A stretch of DNA of 64,000 bases from an uncultured Candidatus Saccharibacteria bacterium (lineage in GTDB: Bacteria > Patescibacteriota > CPR2 > UBA1875 > CAIMLA01), in the NCBI GenBank assembly GCA_964501135.1, contig CAZCRI010000001.1, positions 192,393 to 256,392 of the forward strand, given 5' to 3'. This document shows, piece by piece, positions 16,428 through 25,253 of this stretch. Both the position numbers and the translations under genes were made by a program. Below the pieces are notes generated by a model. That model ran no database searches. It had not been told where the DNA came from and saw only the letters and a program-made list of their open reading frames with translations. How positions within the stretch are numbered: the stretch's first letter is position 1; the number at the start of each line of letters is the position of its first letter.

Positions 16428-16973
16428 ATGAAAAAAGCATTAATTATTGCAAGTTCCCTGGGGTTACTGCTCGCAAGTGTGGCAGTTGCAAAGGTGGACA
16501 CCACAGCCCTTAGGGCACAACGCGCGGCAAATGCGCAGGCAAAGTGTGACCTGATTGAGGCAAACGTAACCCGTAAAATTACCAACTTTGAGGCAAACCG
16601 CAACAAGCACGTGGCATCGTACATTCGAACGAAAGAGAAGGTAGCAGCTATGGTTACAAAGCTCGAGGCTAAGGGCTATGACGTTACTAAGCTAAAGGCT
16701 GATCTCATCGAGTATGATGCCAAAATCAAGAAATTCTCTGACGATCACGCTGCTTATATTGCGGCACTTACCAGTACCCAGGAATTTGCGTGTGGTAAAA
16801 GCGAAGGAGAGTTCAAAACTCAACTCATCGCAGCTAGGGGGATATTAAAAGCAGTTCACGATGACTCGGTTGCCATCCGTACTTACTGGGCGGAAACTGT
16901 AAAGCCAGATCTTTTGGCCCTGAAGGCACAGACTATAACTGAAAAAGCAACGACAACAGGAGGGACAGAGTAA
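16428..16973 (+). CDS. Hypothetical secreted protein (signal peptide, helical)
   Basis: N-terminal MKKALIIASSLGLLLASVAVA signal-like segment. AAGGAGG RBS. An extended -10 (TGaTATAAT) lies at 16401-16409. Confidence 0.5.
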   Translation: MKKALIIASSLGLLLASVAVAKVDTTALRAQRAANAQAKCDLIEANVTRKITNFEANRNKHVASYIRTKEKVAAMVTKLEAKGYDVTKLKADLIEYDAKIKKFSDDHAAYIAALTSTQEFACGKSEGEFKTQLIAARGILKAVHDDSVAIRTYWAETVKPDLLALKAQTITEKATTTGGTE

Positions 16974-17305
16974 TGGCAGAGGTTACCCCACTTCATAAAC
17001 ATGAACATCCTGTATATCAGTGGATAGCGCTATTTGCTTCGGTGGCTATCATTCTATCTCTCGCCGGCTGGTATGCCTTGACCTACCAGGCTAGTGTGGA
17101 AGATGATGCTTTGGCTGCGGTGGAATCAGCCTATAGTGCCACTCTACATAAGAGTGCGAAGACTACCAAGTCAACAACTGCGACAACTAGCACCACTGGA
17201 AGCGAGATTGATGCCCAGGTTTCAGCAATTAATGGTGAAATTAATTCGGTTTCTAGTGATGATTTCTCGGAAAATAAACTGGATAATACTAGTCTCGGAC
17301 TATAG
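16973..17305 (+). CDS. Hypothetical membrane-anchored protein
   Basis: TM WIALFASVAIILSLAGWYAL followed by a T/S-rich segment. Start overlaps the previous stop. Confidence 0.4.
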   Translation: MAEVTPLHKHEHPVYQWIALFASVAIILSLAGWYALTYQASVEDDALAAVESAYSATLHKSAKTTKSTTATTSTTGSEIDAQVSAINGEINSVSSDDFSENKLDNTSLGL

Positions 17306-17326
17306 TCAGAGAAACTCATAATTACT

Positions 17327-17353
17327 AAAAAAGCGGCAGTAAGCCGCTTTTTT
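17327..17353 (+). terminator. Rho-independent terminator
   Basis: GCGGC-agtaa-GCCGC followed by TTTTTT. Confidence 0.75.
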
Positions 17354-17363
17354 AGTAAAAGTG

Positions 17364-17391
17364 TTGACAAAAATAGAGAAAGGTGTATAAT
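17364..17391 (+). promoter_or_regulatory. Consensus sigma70 promoter, TTGACA-16nt-TATAAT, reading into GC-rich cassette 3
   Basis: TTGACA at 17364-17369, TATAAT at 17386-17391. Confidence 0.55.
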
Positions 17392-17478
17392 AATCGGATA
17401 GTTCACAAAGAACATCGCACCGCGGCCAAGAGTCGCATACAATCCACGTACAATGCCTAGGAGGCTGCTGTGAAACGT

Positions 17479-17616
17479 ACTATCTTGGATGATTACTTCC
17501 AGGAACGCCTGAAGGTGTTTCTTGGAGCGCTCTACTTCATCGGTCTCTTCCTCTATTTCATCGGGGAAGCGCTTGTAGAGGACGCGATGCGTCCTTTCCA
17601 GCTGTAGTCCAGCGGG
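17479..17616 (+). CDS. Possible small hydrophobic peptide (45 aa, GTG start) in GC-rich cassette 3
   Basis: Perfect AGGAGG 6 nt before the GTG. VKRTILDDYFQERLKVFLGALYFIGLFLYFIGEALVEDAMRPFQL carries one hydrophobic helix. Speculative. Confidence 0.25.
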
Positions 17617-18088
17617 GACAAAAGGCTCTTAGGGCCCCGTAGACACCGTAGCCGGACGGATTCCGGATGTTCCCTTCATGACGAAGGGTCGAGCAAGGAG
17701 GTATCTCCATGAAGATCGCTCGCACTGCAGTCGCCGTTCGCGGCACCCCGGTCGTCAGCTCGTCCATCCTTATGAGTTCTGAATTCGGCATCCGCGGCGC
17801 GCGCGCCGGCACCGGGCCGCACAACTAGGGCCCGGTCGTCTCGCTTCGGGTAGCAACTCCTCAGGCGGGGAGATCCGAAGCGTCAGCACTAGCCTCGCGT
17901 TTCTGACCAGGAATCCTCTCGCGAGGTTGCTCTAACAGCTTGTGCTAAAATGTACGTGGAAATGGGGTCGGGACGATCACACATGGCCGCGCCAAAGGCG
18001 CCGCGTAGTGTTGGCCGTACCGGCCCTTCTCCTTTTAAGGATACGATGTATACTTGTTTCTTTGCCTTCGGCAATCTAGAATATCTAT

Positions 18089-19138
18089 ATGGATACAAAT
18101 ACTTTAATTATTTCGGGAATTTTAATAGCTGGTTTTGCTGCTCTTTTTTACTATCTCAAAACTCAGGTTGTCGAGCGACCTCAACCGAAGGAAGATGATA
18201 AGTCGTTATTACTCTTGCAACAGCAACTAGCCCAGGTATCTGAGCAGCTGAGCAAGGGAATGGTAGAGTCCAATCGTTCTGTACAGGAACAGTTCCGGGC
18301 CAGTAGTAACATTATCAAGGACGTTACTGAAAAGCTCAGTAACCTGGAGAACACCAACAAACAAGTTTTGGGGATAGCTGACCAGCTACAGGGTCTTGAA
18401 AATGTGCTCAAGAATCCAAAACAGCGTGGCATCCTCGGTGAATACTACCTGGAAACATTGCTCAAGAACATGTTTGGACCCAAGGATTATCAGATGCAGT
18501 ATCCGTTTAAAAACGGGGACATTGTAGATGCGGTAGTGTTTATCAAGGATAAGATCTTGCCGATAGATTCTAAGTTCTCACTAGAGAATTACAACAAGAT
18601 TGTTGCCGAAAAAGACATGACCAAGAAGGAACAGCTAGAGAAGCTCTTTAAGCAGGATCTAAAGAATCGTATCGATGAAACCGCCAAGTACATTAAACCC
18701 AAGGAAGGCACTATGGATTTTGCTTTTATGTTTATTCCTTCCGAGGGGATTTACTATGACCTTTTAGTAAATCAGGTCGGGGCGCTTAAGGTAAACACCA
18801 GGGATCTTATAGATTATGCTTTTCGTGAGAAGAGGGTAATAATTGTGTCGCCGACCTCCTTTGCCGCCTATCTTCAGACCGTGATGCAAGGTTTGCGGGC
18901 CTTGCAGGTTCAGGATTCGATAAAGGAGATTGTGGTCAATGTAAATAAGTTGTCTAGCCACCTTAATGCGTATCAAACCCATATGACCAAGTTGGGGAAC
19001 TCGCTAGGGACCACCGTAAACGCTTACAACACAGCAAGCAAGGAATTTGTGAAGATAGACAAGGATGTTACCAAGATTTCTGGTAAATCCATAGATTCGG
19101 AACTTTTACAGCTCGACAAACCTAGCACTGACGAGTAG
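18089..19138 (+). CDS. rmuC: DNA recombination protein RmuC
   Basis: N-terminal TM, a coiled-coil region, then the conserved RmuC C-terminal region (LGEYYLETLL...PIDSKFSLENY...VIIVSPTSFAAYLQTV). Confidence 0.8.
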   Translation: MDTNTLIISGILIAGFAALFYYLKTQVVERPQPKEDDKSLLLLQQQLAQVSEQLSKGMVESNRSVQEQFRASSNIIKDVTEKLSNLENTNKQVLGIADQLQGLENVLKNPKQRGILGEYYLETLLKNMFGPKDYQMQYPFKNGDIVDAVVFIKDKILPIDSKFSLENYNKIVAEKDMTKKEQLEKLFKQDLKNRIDETAKYIKPKEGTMDFAFMFIPSEGIYYDLLVNQVGALKVNTRDLIDYAFREKRVIIVSPTSFAAYLQTVMQGLRALQVQDSIKEIVVNVNKLSSHLNAYQTHMTKLGNSLGTTVNAYNTASKEFVKIDKDVTKISGKSIDSELLQLDKPSTDE

Positions 19139-19161
19139 TTGCTGTTCCTCCTTTTGAGGAA

Positions 19162-19560
19162 ATGTTCTATAATACCTATATGAATAAAAGTACTTTTTCA
19201 TACAAAGCGCTAGTGGCGGCTATTATTTCGGGAGGGATTTTTGTTTACGCACTTTATCGCCTGGATCCTAGGGCTGGTGGGATGAATGTAACTATCTTTT
19301 TGGTCTCTCTCTTTGTGGTAGTGATGAGTGTATCTGCGTTACTCAATTTTCTACTTTTGCGATTACGTAGTAATAACGAAAGTCATTTCTTGGCTTCCAA
19401 GGGTTCTCTGCGGAGGGGATTTCTCCTTGGTTTATACATAGTCGGCGTTCTCGGTCTTTCAGCATTAGAGCTGCTAACTTGGTGGGACGCACTGCTTTTG
19501 GCTTTGAGTCTGGTGTTATTTGAGCTATACTTTATTTCAGGTAAGGAGAAAACTTCTTGA
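19162..19560 (+). CDS. Hypothetical membrane protein (3-4 TM)
   Basis: Hydrophobic segments. Start overlaps the stop of the next gene (ATGA-like coupling). Confidence 0.4.
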   Translation: MFYNTYMNKSTFSYKALVAAIISGGIFVYALYRLDPRAGGMNVTIFLVSLFVVVMSVSALLNFLLLRLRSNNESHFLASKGSLRRGFLLGLYIVGVLGLSALELLTWWDALLLALSLVLFELYFISGKEKTS

Positions 19561-19922
19561 GCCACATTTTTTATATTATTTTGGGATTGACCCTTGTTAC
19601 CGCGACAAATTTCGGCGTGACTGCAGGCGTTGTCTTCTTTTACTTTTATCTCGCAAAGATTAAAGAAAGTGCTGTTTATCGTCTAAAACTCGCTGCCTGG
19701 CTCTCACTCTCGAATGTCGTGGCGCAATTTTTGGGACTCGTGGTTTTTTCTTCACTTGGCGGGGTGGTTTTCTCTGGCGTAACCTTCGTCCTATCAGTCA
19801 CGGGTTATCTAGGGGTAATGAAGTATGGTTATAAATATCACATACTGGAAAATCTAGTTATTGCGGGAGCTTTGGCTGTAGTTCTAAATCCAGCTTGGTT
19901 GCTACTATTCGGATTGATGTAA
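19557..19922 (+). CDS. Hypothetical membrane protein (4 TM)
   Basis: Hydrophobic segments. The stop overlaps the pheS start by 1 nt. Confidence 0.4.
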   Translation: MSHIFYIILGLTLVTATNFGVTAGVVFFYFYLAKIKESAVYRLKLAAWLSLSNVVAQFLGLVVFSSLGGVVFSGVTFVLSVTGYLGVMKYGYKYHILENLVIAGALAVVLNPAWLLLFGLM

Positions 19923-20911
19923 TGAATAAAAATATTGAACAAATAAAAGTAAATTTTACTAAAGATCTCGCTTCTCTTGAGCTTTCTGCGGTTCGCACCA
20001 AGTATCTGGGGCGCAAGAGCGAGCTTTCAGCATTGCTGAAGGGGATTAAGGATGTTGAACCCTCGGAGCGTAAACAATTTGGCGCCGACGCCAATGCGCT
20101 TCGGGTTTATATCGAAGCAGAAATTGCAAAGAAAGAGGCTGCTACGGTAGACACAGCCGAAAAGCCTTTTGACGTTACGGCTCCCGGCACCCTTTATCCT
20201 GTAGGTCACATTCATCCTGTGCATCAAACTTTAGAAAAATTAACAGATATTTTTACCTCGATGGGATACGAAATTGCCTCAGGTCCTGAAGTAGATGATG
20301 ATTGGCATAACTTTGAAGCGCTCAATATGGGGCCTGAACATCCCGCCCGAGATATGCAGGATACCTTTTATCTTCTAGACGGTTTTCTGCCCAGAACTCA
20401 TACCTCTACCGTGCAGATTCGCTATATGGAAGAGCACAAGCCGCCAATCAAGATTATTGCTCCTGGTAAGGTACATCGGAATGAGAATGAAGACGCTACC
20501 CACAGCTGGATTTTTCATCAATTTGAAGGCCTTGTGATTGATGAGGGTATTACATTCGCTAATCTCAAGGGAACATTGGAGCATGTGGCTAAAGAGATTT
20601 TTGGCCCCAATACCAGGACACGTTTCCGTCCCAACTTCTTCCCTTATACTGAACCAAGCGCCGAGATGGATGCAAGCTGTCCTCAGTGTGATGGCAAGGG
20701 TTGCCGTTCTTGTGGCGGTACAGGATGGTTAGAGCTTTTAGGCTCTGGAATGGTACATCCGCAGGTCTTGCGCAATATGGGGATAGATCCCGAGAAGTAT
20801 AGTGGTTTTGCCTTCGGCCTTGGAGTTGATCGTATCGCAATGATAAAACATCAGATTCCGGACGCCCGTCTTCTTTGGCATCCTGACGTAAGATTTTTGG
20901 AGCAATTTTAA
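19922..20911 (+). CDS. pheS: Phenylalanine--tRNA ligase alpha subunit
   Basis: Class II aaRS motifs FRPNFFPYTEPSAEMD and GFAFGLGVDRIAMIKHQIPDARL. A Zn-ribbon-like CPQCDGKGCRSCGG insert. Start taken at MNKNIEQ. Confidence 0.9.
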   Translation: MNKNIEQIKVNFTKDLASLELSAVRTKYLGRKSELSALLKGIKDVEPSERKQFGADANALRVYIEAEIAKKEAATVDTAEKPFDVTAPGTLYPVGHIHPVHQTLEKLTDIFTSMGYEIASGPEVDDDWHNFEALNMGPEHPARDMQDTFYLLDGFLPRTHTSTVQIRYMEEHKPPIKIIAPGKVHRNENEDATHSWIFHQFEGLVIDEGITFANLKGTLEHVAKEIFGPNTRTRFRPNFFPYTEPSAEMDASCPQCDGKGCRSCGGTGWLELLGSGMVHPQVLRNMGIDPEKYSGFAFGLGVDRIAMIKHQIPDARLLWHPDVRFLEQF

Positions 20912-20931
20912 CCCCCACCGTCATCCTGAGG

Positions 20932-20952
20932 AGTCCCGACGTAACGTCGGGG
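20932..20952 (+). repeat. Copy 1 of a recurring hairpin motif, TCCCGACG-taa-CGTCGGGG, in the pheT leader
   Basis: The same CCCGAC...GTCGGG stem recurs at 57396-57416 and 63935-63954, each just upstream of a gene or tRNA. Confidence 0.5.
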
Positions 20953-21005
20953 CGACGTGAGGATCTAGATCTTTCGACTTCGCTCAAGATGACATACGGA
21001 GAAAC

Positions 21006-23384
21006 ATGAAACTTTCATATAAATGGCTAAAAGAATATGTAAATACTAGGTTTTCCGCAGACGAGATTGCGGAGAAACTTACTATGTCTGGACTTGAAGT
21101 AGACGAAGTAGTTTCTGGCCACAATTTCAGCGGGGTTGTCGTTGGTAGGGTTGTTTCCCTTGAGAAACACCCTAATGCAGATAAGCTGCGAGTGGCAAAA
21201 GTGGATATTGGCACCGAGGTATTGCAGATAGTTTGTGGTGCTGCGAATTTAGAAAAAGGGCAGATCGTTCCGGTCGCTATCGTTGGTGCCAAGCTCGGTG
21301 ATTTTGAGATTGGCAAGGCGAGCCTGCGCGGAGTGGATTCTTACGGCATGATCTGTAGCGAGAAAGAGCTCGGGCTGGGCGAGGACCATAGCGGCATCAT
21401 GATTTTAGATAAGGCAACAAAGATTGGGGAAGTTTTTGTCTCCGACAAAGGAGCCGACTCGATTATTGACGTCAAGGTTTTGGCGAACCGCCCTGATTGC
21501 ATGAGTGTGATCGGTCTGGCGCGTGAGGTTTCGGCCCTAACAAATGAGAAGTTAGTATTACCCAAGATAGCACTTTCGGAAAGTAAATCTGCGACTGAAG
21601 TTCAGGTCGAGGTTGCGGATCCGAAACTTTGCTCGCGCTATATGTCTCGGGTCGTCACTGGTGTCAAACGAGCGGAAACTCCACAGTGGATGAGGGACCG
21701 TCTGCTGGCCTCTGGAGTGCGTTCGATCGATCTATTTGTTGATATTTCCAATTATGTCATGCTTGAGTATGGGCAACCTCTTCACTTTTTTGATCTCGAC
21801 AAGGTGAGTAAAAAGGGAATTGTGAAGATTGGTGTTCGCCTCGCAAAAACGGGCGAACAGCTGACAACACTAGATGGCAATAAACGCAAACTGACTGCAG
21901 AGATGCTGGTGATTACGGATGGCAAGGAGCCGATTGCCTTGGCCGGTGTGATGGGTGGCGCAACTACCGAGATTGATGAAAGTACTCAGAACATCTTTAT
22001 TGAAGCGGCGGTTTTTGATAAAGCCAGTATTCGTCGCACGTCGAGGGCGCTGGGTCTTCGTTCGGAAGCGGTGGCAAGGTACGAAAAGGGTATCGGGATC
22101 TCATCACCAGCACTTGCGATTGATAGAGCGGCGCAGCTGCTTGCGGAACTTGCCGGGGGAACGGCGGCTGGTAAGGCGACAGATACCCTTAAATTGATAC
22201 CAAAAAGCAAGAAAATCTCCCTGAACCCCTCCAAGTTAAATGGCTTCCTTGGATCAAGTTACTCTGATAAACAGATTCAGTCAGTCCTAACTAAGCTTGG
22301 ATTTACTATTACTGTGCGTACAAAGTACCTTTACGAGGTTACGGTACCGACTTGGCGCGTAGATATCGATGAACCGGTGGATCTTTACGAAGAGGTAAGT
22401 CGGGTAATTGGTTTTGATAGCATTCCTAGTACTTTACCTTACGGAGTGAAGATTGTTTCAGTGCGAAACGAGGGCTTTGAATTCGCGAGGCGATTACGGC
22501 ATGGCCTCGCTGCTATCGGACTTACAGAGATTATGACCTACTCTTTTGCTGGTGAGTCAGAACTAAGGGCGGTGAGTGCCAATATTAGAGACGCTTTTGA
22601 GCTGGCTAATCCCCTCGTAAAAGAACAGCGCTATATGCGTACCAGCTTGGTGCCAAAGATGTTGGAGGCCTTGGCAGCTAACCAGTACTTACGGGAAACG
22701 GTTAGGTTCTTTGAGATTGGAAAATCCTTTCATCGAAAGGGTAAGGGATTGCCACAAGAAAGAAATTGGCTCTCGATTGGTGTTATTGGAGGCAAGGCTT
22801 GGCCAATTACTTATACCGAGGGAGCGGAATATTATGACACTAAAGGTATCGTTGAAAACTTTTTTTCGTCCTTAGGTATCTCAGACCTTCACTTTAAATT
22901 GGCAGTAAACCCTCTTTTTGCAGCTGGTAGGGCCGCAGAGGTGTACGTCGGTAACTCAAAAGTGGGCGAAATTGGGATTGTTCGGTTTTCGCTTGCTGCG
23001 ACCTTTGGCCTAAAGAGAGAAGCATCTATTGCCGAGCTTGATTTAGACAAGATAATGCCGCTCGTTTCTGGTGACATCAAAGTAACCGTAATTAGCCGCT
23101 ATCAGCATTCACTACGCGACATCTCCTTTGTAGTTTCGGATCAGCTTCAGGTTGCCAAAATAATGGCAGCACTTTCCTCTATTGATAAACTAGTAGATAA
23201 GGTCGAAGTAGTTGATATTTATAAGGGTAAAATGTTGTCCCCGGATGAAAAAAGCATTACAATTCGACTTACTATTGTCAGCTACGGGAAGACATTGACA
23301 GAAGAAGAGGTCGAAAAGGTAGTGCAGAAGGCAATACAGAAAATTGTTGGGCTTGGAGGGAAAGTGCGTGGTAGCCAAAAGTAA
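21006..23384 (+). CDS. pheT: Phenylalanine--tRNA ligase beta subunit
   Basis: N-terminal tRNA-binding (EMAP/OB) domain, B3/B4, B5 and C-terminal anticodon-binding-like domains, 792 aa. Motifs GVVVGRVVSLEKHPNADKLRVAKVDIG and KIGVRLAKTGE. Confidence 0.9.
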   Translation: MKLSYKWLKEYVNTRFSADEIAEKLTMSGLEVDEVVSGHNFSGVVVGRVVSLEKHPNADKLRVAKVDIGTEVLQIVCGAANLEKGQIVPVAIVGAKLGDFEIGKASLRGVDSYGMICSEKELGLGEDHSGIMILDKATKIGEVFVSDKGADSIIDVKVLANRPDCMSVIGLAREVSALTNEKLVLPKIALSESKSATEVQVEVADPKLCSRYMSRVVTGVKRAETPQWMRDRLLASGVRSIDLFVDISNYVMLEYGQPLHFFDLDKVSKKGIVKIGVRLAKTGEQLTTLDGNKRKLTAEMLVITDGKEPIALAGVMGGATTEIDESTQNIFIEAAVFDKASIRRTSRALGLRSEAVARYEKGIGISSPALAIDRAAQLLAELAGGTAAGKATDTLKLIPKSKKISLNPSKLNGFLGSSYSDKQIQSVLTKLGFTITVRTKYLYEVTVPTWRVDIDEPVDLYEEVSRVIGFDSIPSTLPYGVKIVSVRNEGFEFARRLRHGLAAIGLTEIMTYSFAGESELRAVSANIRDAFELANPLVKEQRYMRTSLVPKMLEALAANQYLRETVRFFEIGKSFHRKGKGLPQERNWLSIGVIGGKAWPITYTEGAEYYDTKGIVENFFSSLGISDLHFKLAVNPLFAAGRAAEVYVGNSKVGEIGIVRFSLAATFGLKREASIAELDLDKIMPLVSGDIKVTVISRYQHSLRDISFVVSDQLQVAKIMAALSSIDKLVDKVEVVDIYKGKMLSPDEKSITIRLTIVSYGKTLTEEEVEKVVQKAIQKIVGLGGKVRGSQK

Positions 23385-23403
23385 AAAAGTGGACAGTATA
23401 GCG

Positions 23404-25161
23404 ATGAAACCCCAAAAGGGAGATCCTGGATATCTGGAAGATTTAGCCGCTAAAACAGATGAGCCGATCGAGGAGCTGTTGAAGCCGAATCTGCCTCCGG
23501 ATGATGGTAAGAATTTCGTTTTGCCTACCAAGAAATGGTACATCTGGTCTCGTACCCCGAAAACAGGGGTAAAAGACACTTCAGCAGCAAAAAGTAGACA
23601 GTCTCAAAAAGGTGCTTCAAAACCCAAGAAGGTTGAAAGTGCCGAAACAGTACCGGAAGTCATCAAGGCAGAAAGAAAATTCTTCAAGAATCATCGCAGG
23701 ATTGCTCTTGTAGTAACAATAGTAACCTCGGCTTTTATTGTTTTGGTCGGACTTATTGGTGGGGCGGTGTACGCTCACCAGGCAATTTATCAGAACAAGG
23801 TCTTCCCCGGTGTTGTGGTTTGGGGTGAGGACGTAGGTGGCAAAAGCGTTACCGATGTTCAGAAGCTGATAACTGCGAAAGCTAAAGATTACAATATAGT
23901 CATCAAGGGTCCAGACCAGGACTATAAGGCCAATGTTCAGGATTTGGGCATAATTTTCAATACAGATAGCATGGCCCTTTCGGCTTATTCAAGGGGCAGG
24001 TCAGGCGTTTGGTATGACGATTATCTGACACGCGGACGTTTGTTGCTCACCGAAATCAAGTGGACTCCATGGCAACAGTTCATTCGTTCTAATGATTTGG
24101 CCATTTCACCTAGCTATACGATCAATAAACAGAAACTCGATGCATACCTTGCAAAAATTGCGGATAACATTAAGATTCAAGCCCAGGATTCGCAGGTCAC
24201 AGTCGATGGCGGAACTACCCAATTGAAGCCCGCTATCTTTGGACGGGAAGTACTCTTGGAGGAGCTGAAAAGTAGCGTCCTTGGCAGTATTAATGCTTTG
24301 CGGGCGGAGAAGATTGAGGTCAAGACTACGGTTGTAAAACCGGCTATTGTTGATAATGCCGCTCAAGAGGTAATGCTTCAAGCGCAGAATGTTATGGCAC
24401 GACCGGTAACTCTTACTTACCAGGGCGTGGAGTATAGACCCAATCAGGATACAGTGGGCTCATGGATCACTTTCACTAAAAATGAAGGGGATACGAAATA
24501 CACACTAGCGATTGATCGCGCAAAGATGAACAGTTATTTTGCATTTCTCGGATCCAAGATCAATATTTATTCTACAGAGCGAATTGTTCGTGTTGAAAAT
24601 GGTGTTAAGCAGACTGAAACCCAGGCTGGTGTGGATGGTACGCTAGTTGATAATGATGTTTTAGGCGCGCAGATAGCTGCGGTATTGCCTGTACAGCCAA
24701 GCGTCCGCTTAGAGATACCTACTTACGTTGACAAATACAAAACGAGATACGAAAACGTGGTAATTGCGGATTGGGACAAGTATATTGATATCAATTTGTC
24801 GGCACAGACGATGACCGCCTGCGAAAAGGGCGGGGTGAACTGTCACCAGTGGAGTGTGACAACTGGGGACGATAACCATTCAACGCCGGTAGGAACATTC
24901 TTGGTACTGGGGCGAAATGCAAGTTTTTACATGACAGGCGGTACGCCGGGTGTTGATTATTACAAGGTTTGGGTCGATCGTGCCATTTGGTTTACAGCAG
25001 CAGGCCACGCGATACACGATGCACACTGGAGAAATGGTTCTTTTGGAGGCCAAGACTATCATTGGAACGGTTCCCATGGCTGCGTAAACAGTCCAGACGA
25101 TGCAGCAACATACATCTACAACTGGGCCGCTGTCGGTACGCCAGTAATAGTACACTACTAG
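23404..25161 (+). CDS. Membrane-anchored L,D-transpeptidase (YkuD domain) with a putative peptidoglycan-binding middle domain
   Basis: TM helix IALVVTIVTSAFIVLVGLIGGAVYA. C-terminal catalytic domain with HDAHW...NGSHGCVN (His...SHGC, the LDT catalytic motif). Start taken at ATG 23404 after the pheT stop. Confidence 0.65.
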   Translation: MKPQKGDPGYLEDLAAKTDEPIEELLKPNLPPDDGKNFVLPTKKWYIWSRTPKTGVKDTSAAKSRQSQKGASKPKKVESAETVPEVIKAERKFFKNHRRIALVVTIVTSAFIVLVGLIGGAVYAHQAIYQNKVFPGVVVWGEDVGGKSVTDVQKLITAKAKDYNIVIKGPDQDYKANVQDLGIIFNTDSMALSAYSRGRSGVWYDDYLTRGRLLLTEIKWTPWQQFIRSNDLAISPSYTINKQKLDAYLAKIADNIKIQAQDSQVTVDGGTTQLKPAIFGREVLLEELKSSVLGSINALRAEKIEVKTTVVKPAIVDNAAQEVMLQAQNVMARPVTLTYQGVEYRPNQDTVGSWITFTKNEGDTKYTLAIDRAKMNSYFAFLGSKINIYSTERIVRVENGVKQTETQAGVDGTLVDNDVLGAQIAAVLPVQPSVRLEIPTYVDKYKTRYENVVIADWDKYIDINLSAQTMTACEKGGVNCHQWSVTTGDDNHSTPVGTFLVLGRNASFYMTGGTPGVDYYKVWVDRAIWFTAAGHAIHDAHWRNGSFGGQDYHWNGSHGCVNSPDDAATYIYNWAAVGTPVIVHY

Positions 25162-25175
25162 AAGTTATTCTTTTG

Positions 25176-25206
25176 TGAAAACAAGCACTTTTGTGCTTGT
25201 TTTAAG
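25176..25206 (+). terminator. Terminator hairpin AAACAAGCAC-tttt-GTGCTTGTTT, also present after giant gene 1
   Basis: 10-bp stem, followed by TTTAAGTTT. Confidence 0.65.
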
Positions 25207-25253
25207 TTTGGAAAAAGCCTAAAATTAATACATAAATGTAAGAGGGAGGGACC

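Noticed and set aside
17440-18020. GC-rich block 3 as RNase P RNA, tmRNA or SRP RNA
   Set aside because: I looked on both strands for the RNase P P4 strand (GGAAAGUCCGG, plus ACAGAACCCGGCUUA), the tmRNA tRNA-like 3' end (GGUUCGAAUCC...CCA), and the SRP domain IV (AGGUCAGGUCCGGAAGGAAGCAGC). I found none. It may still be a novel RNA, so it is kept as a finding but not annotated as a known ncRNA.
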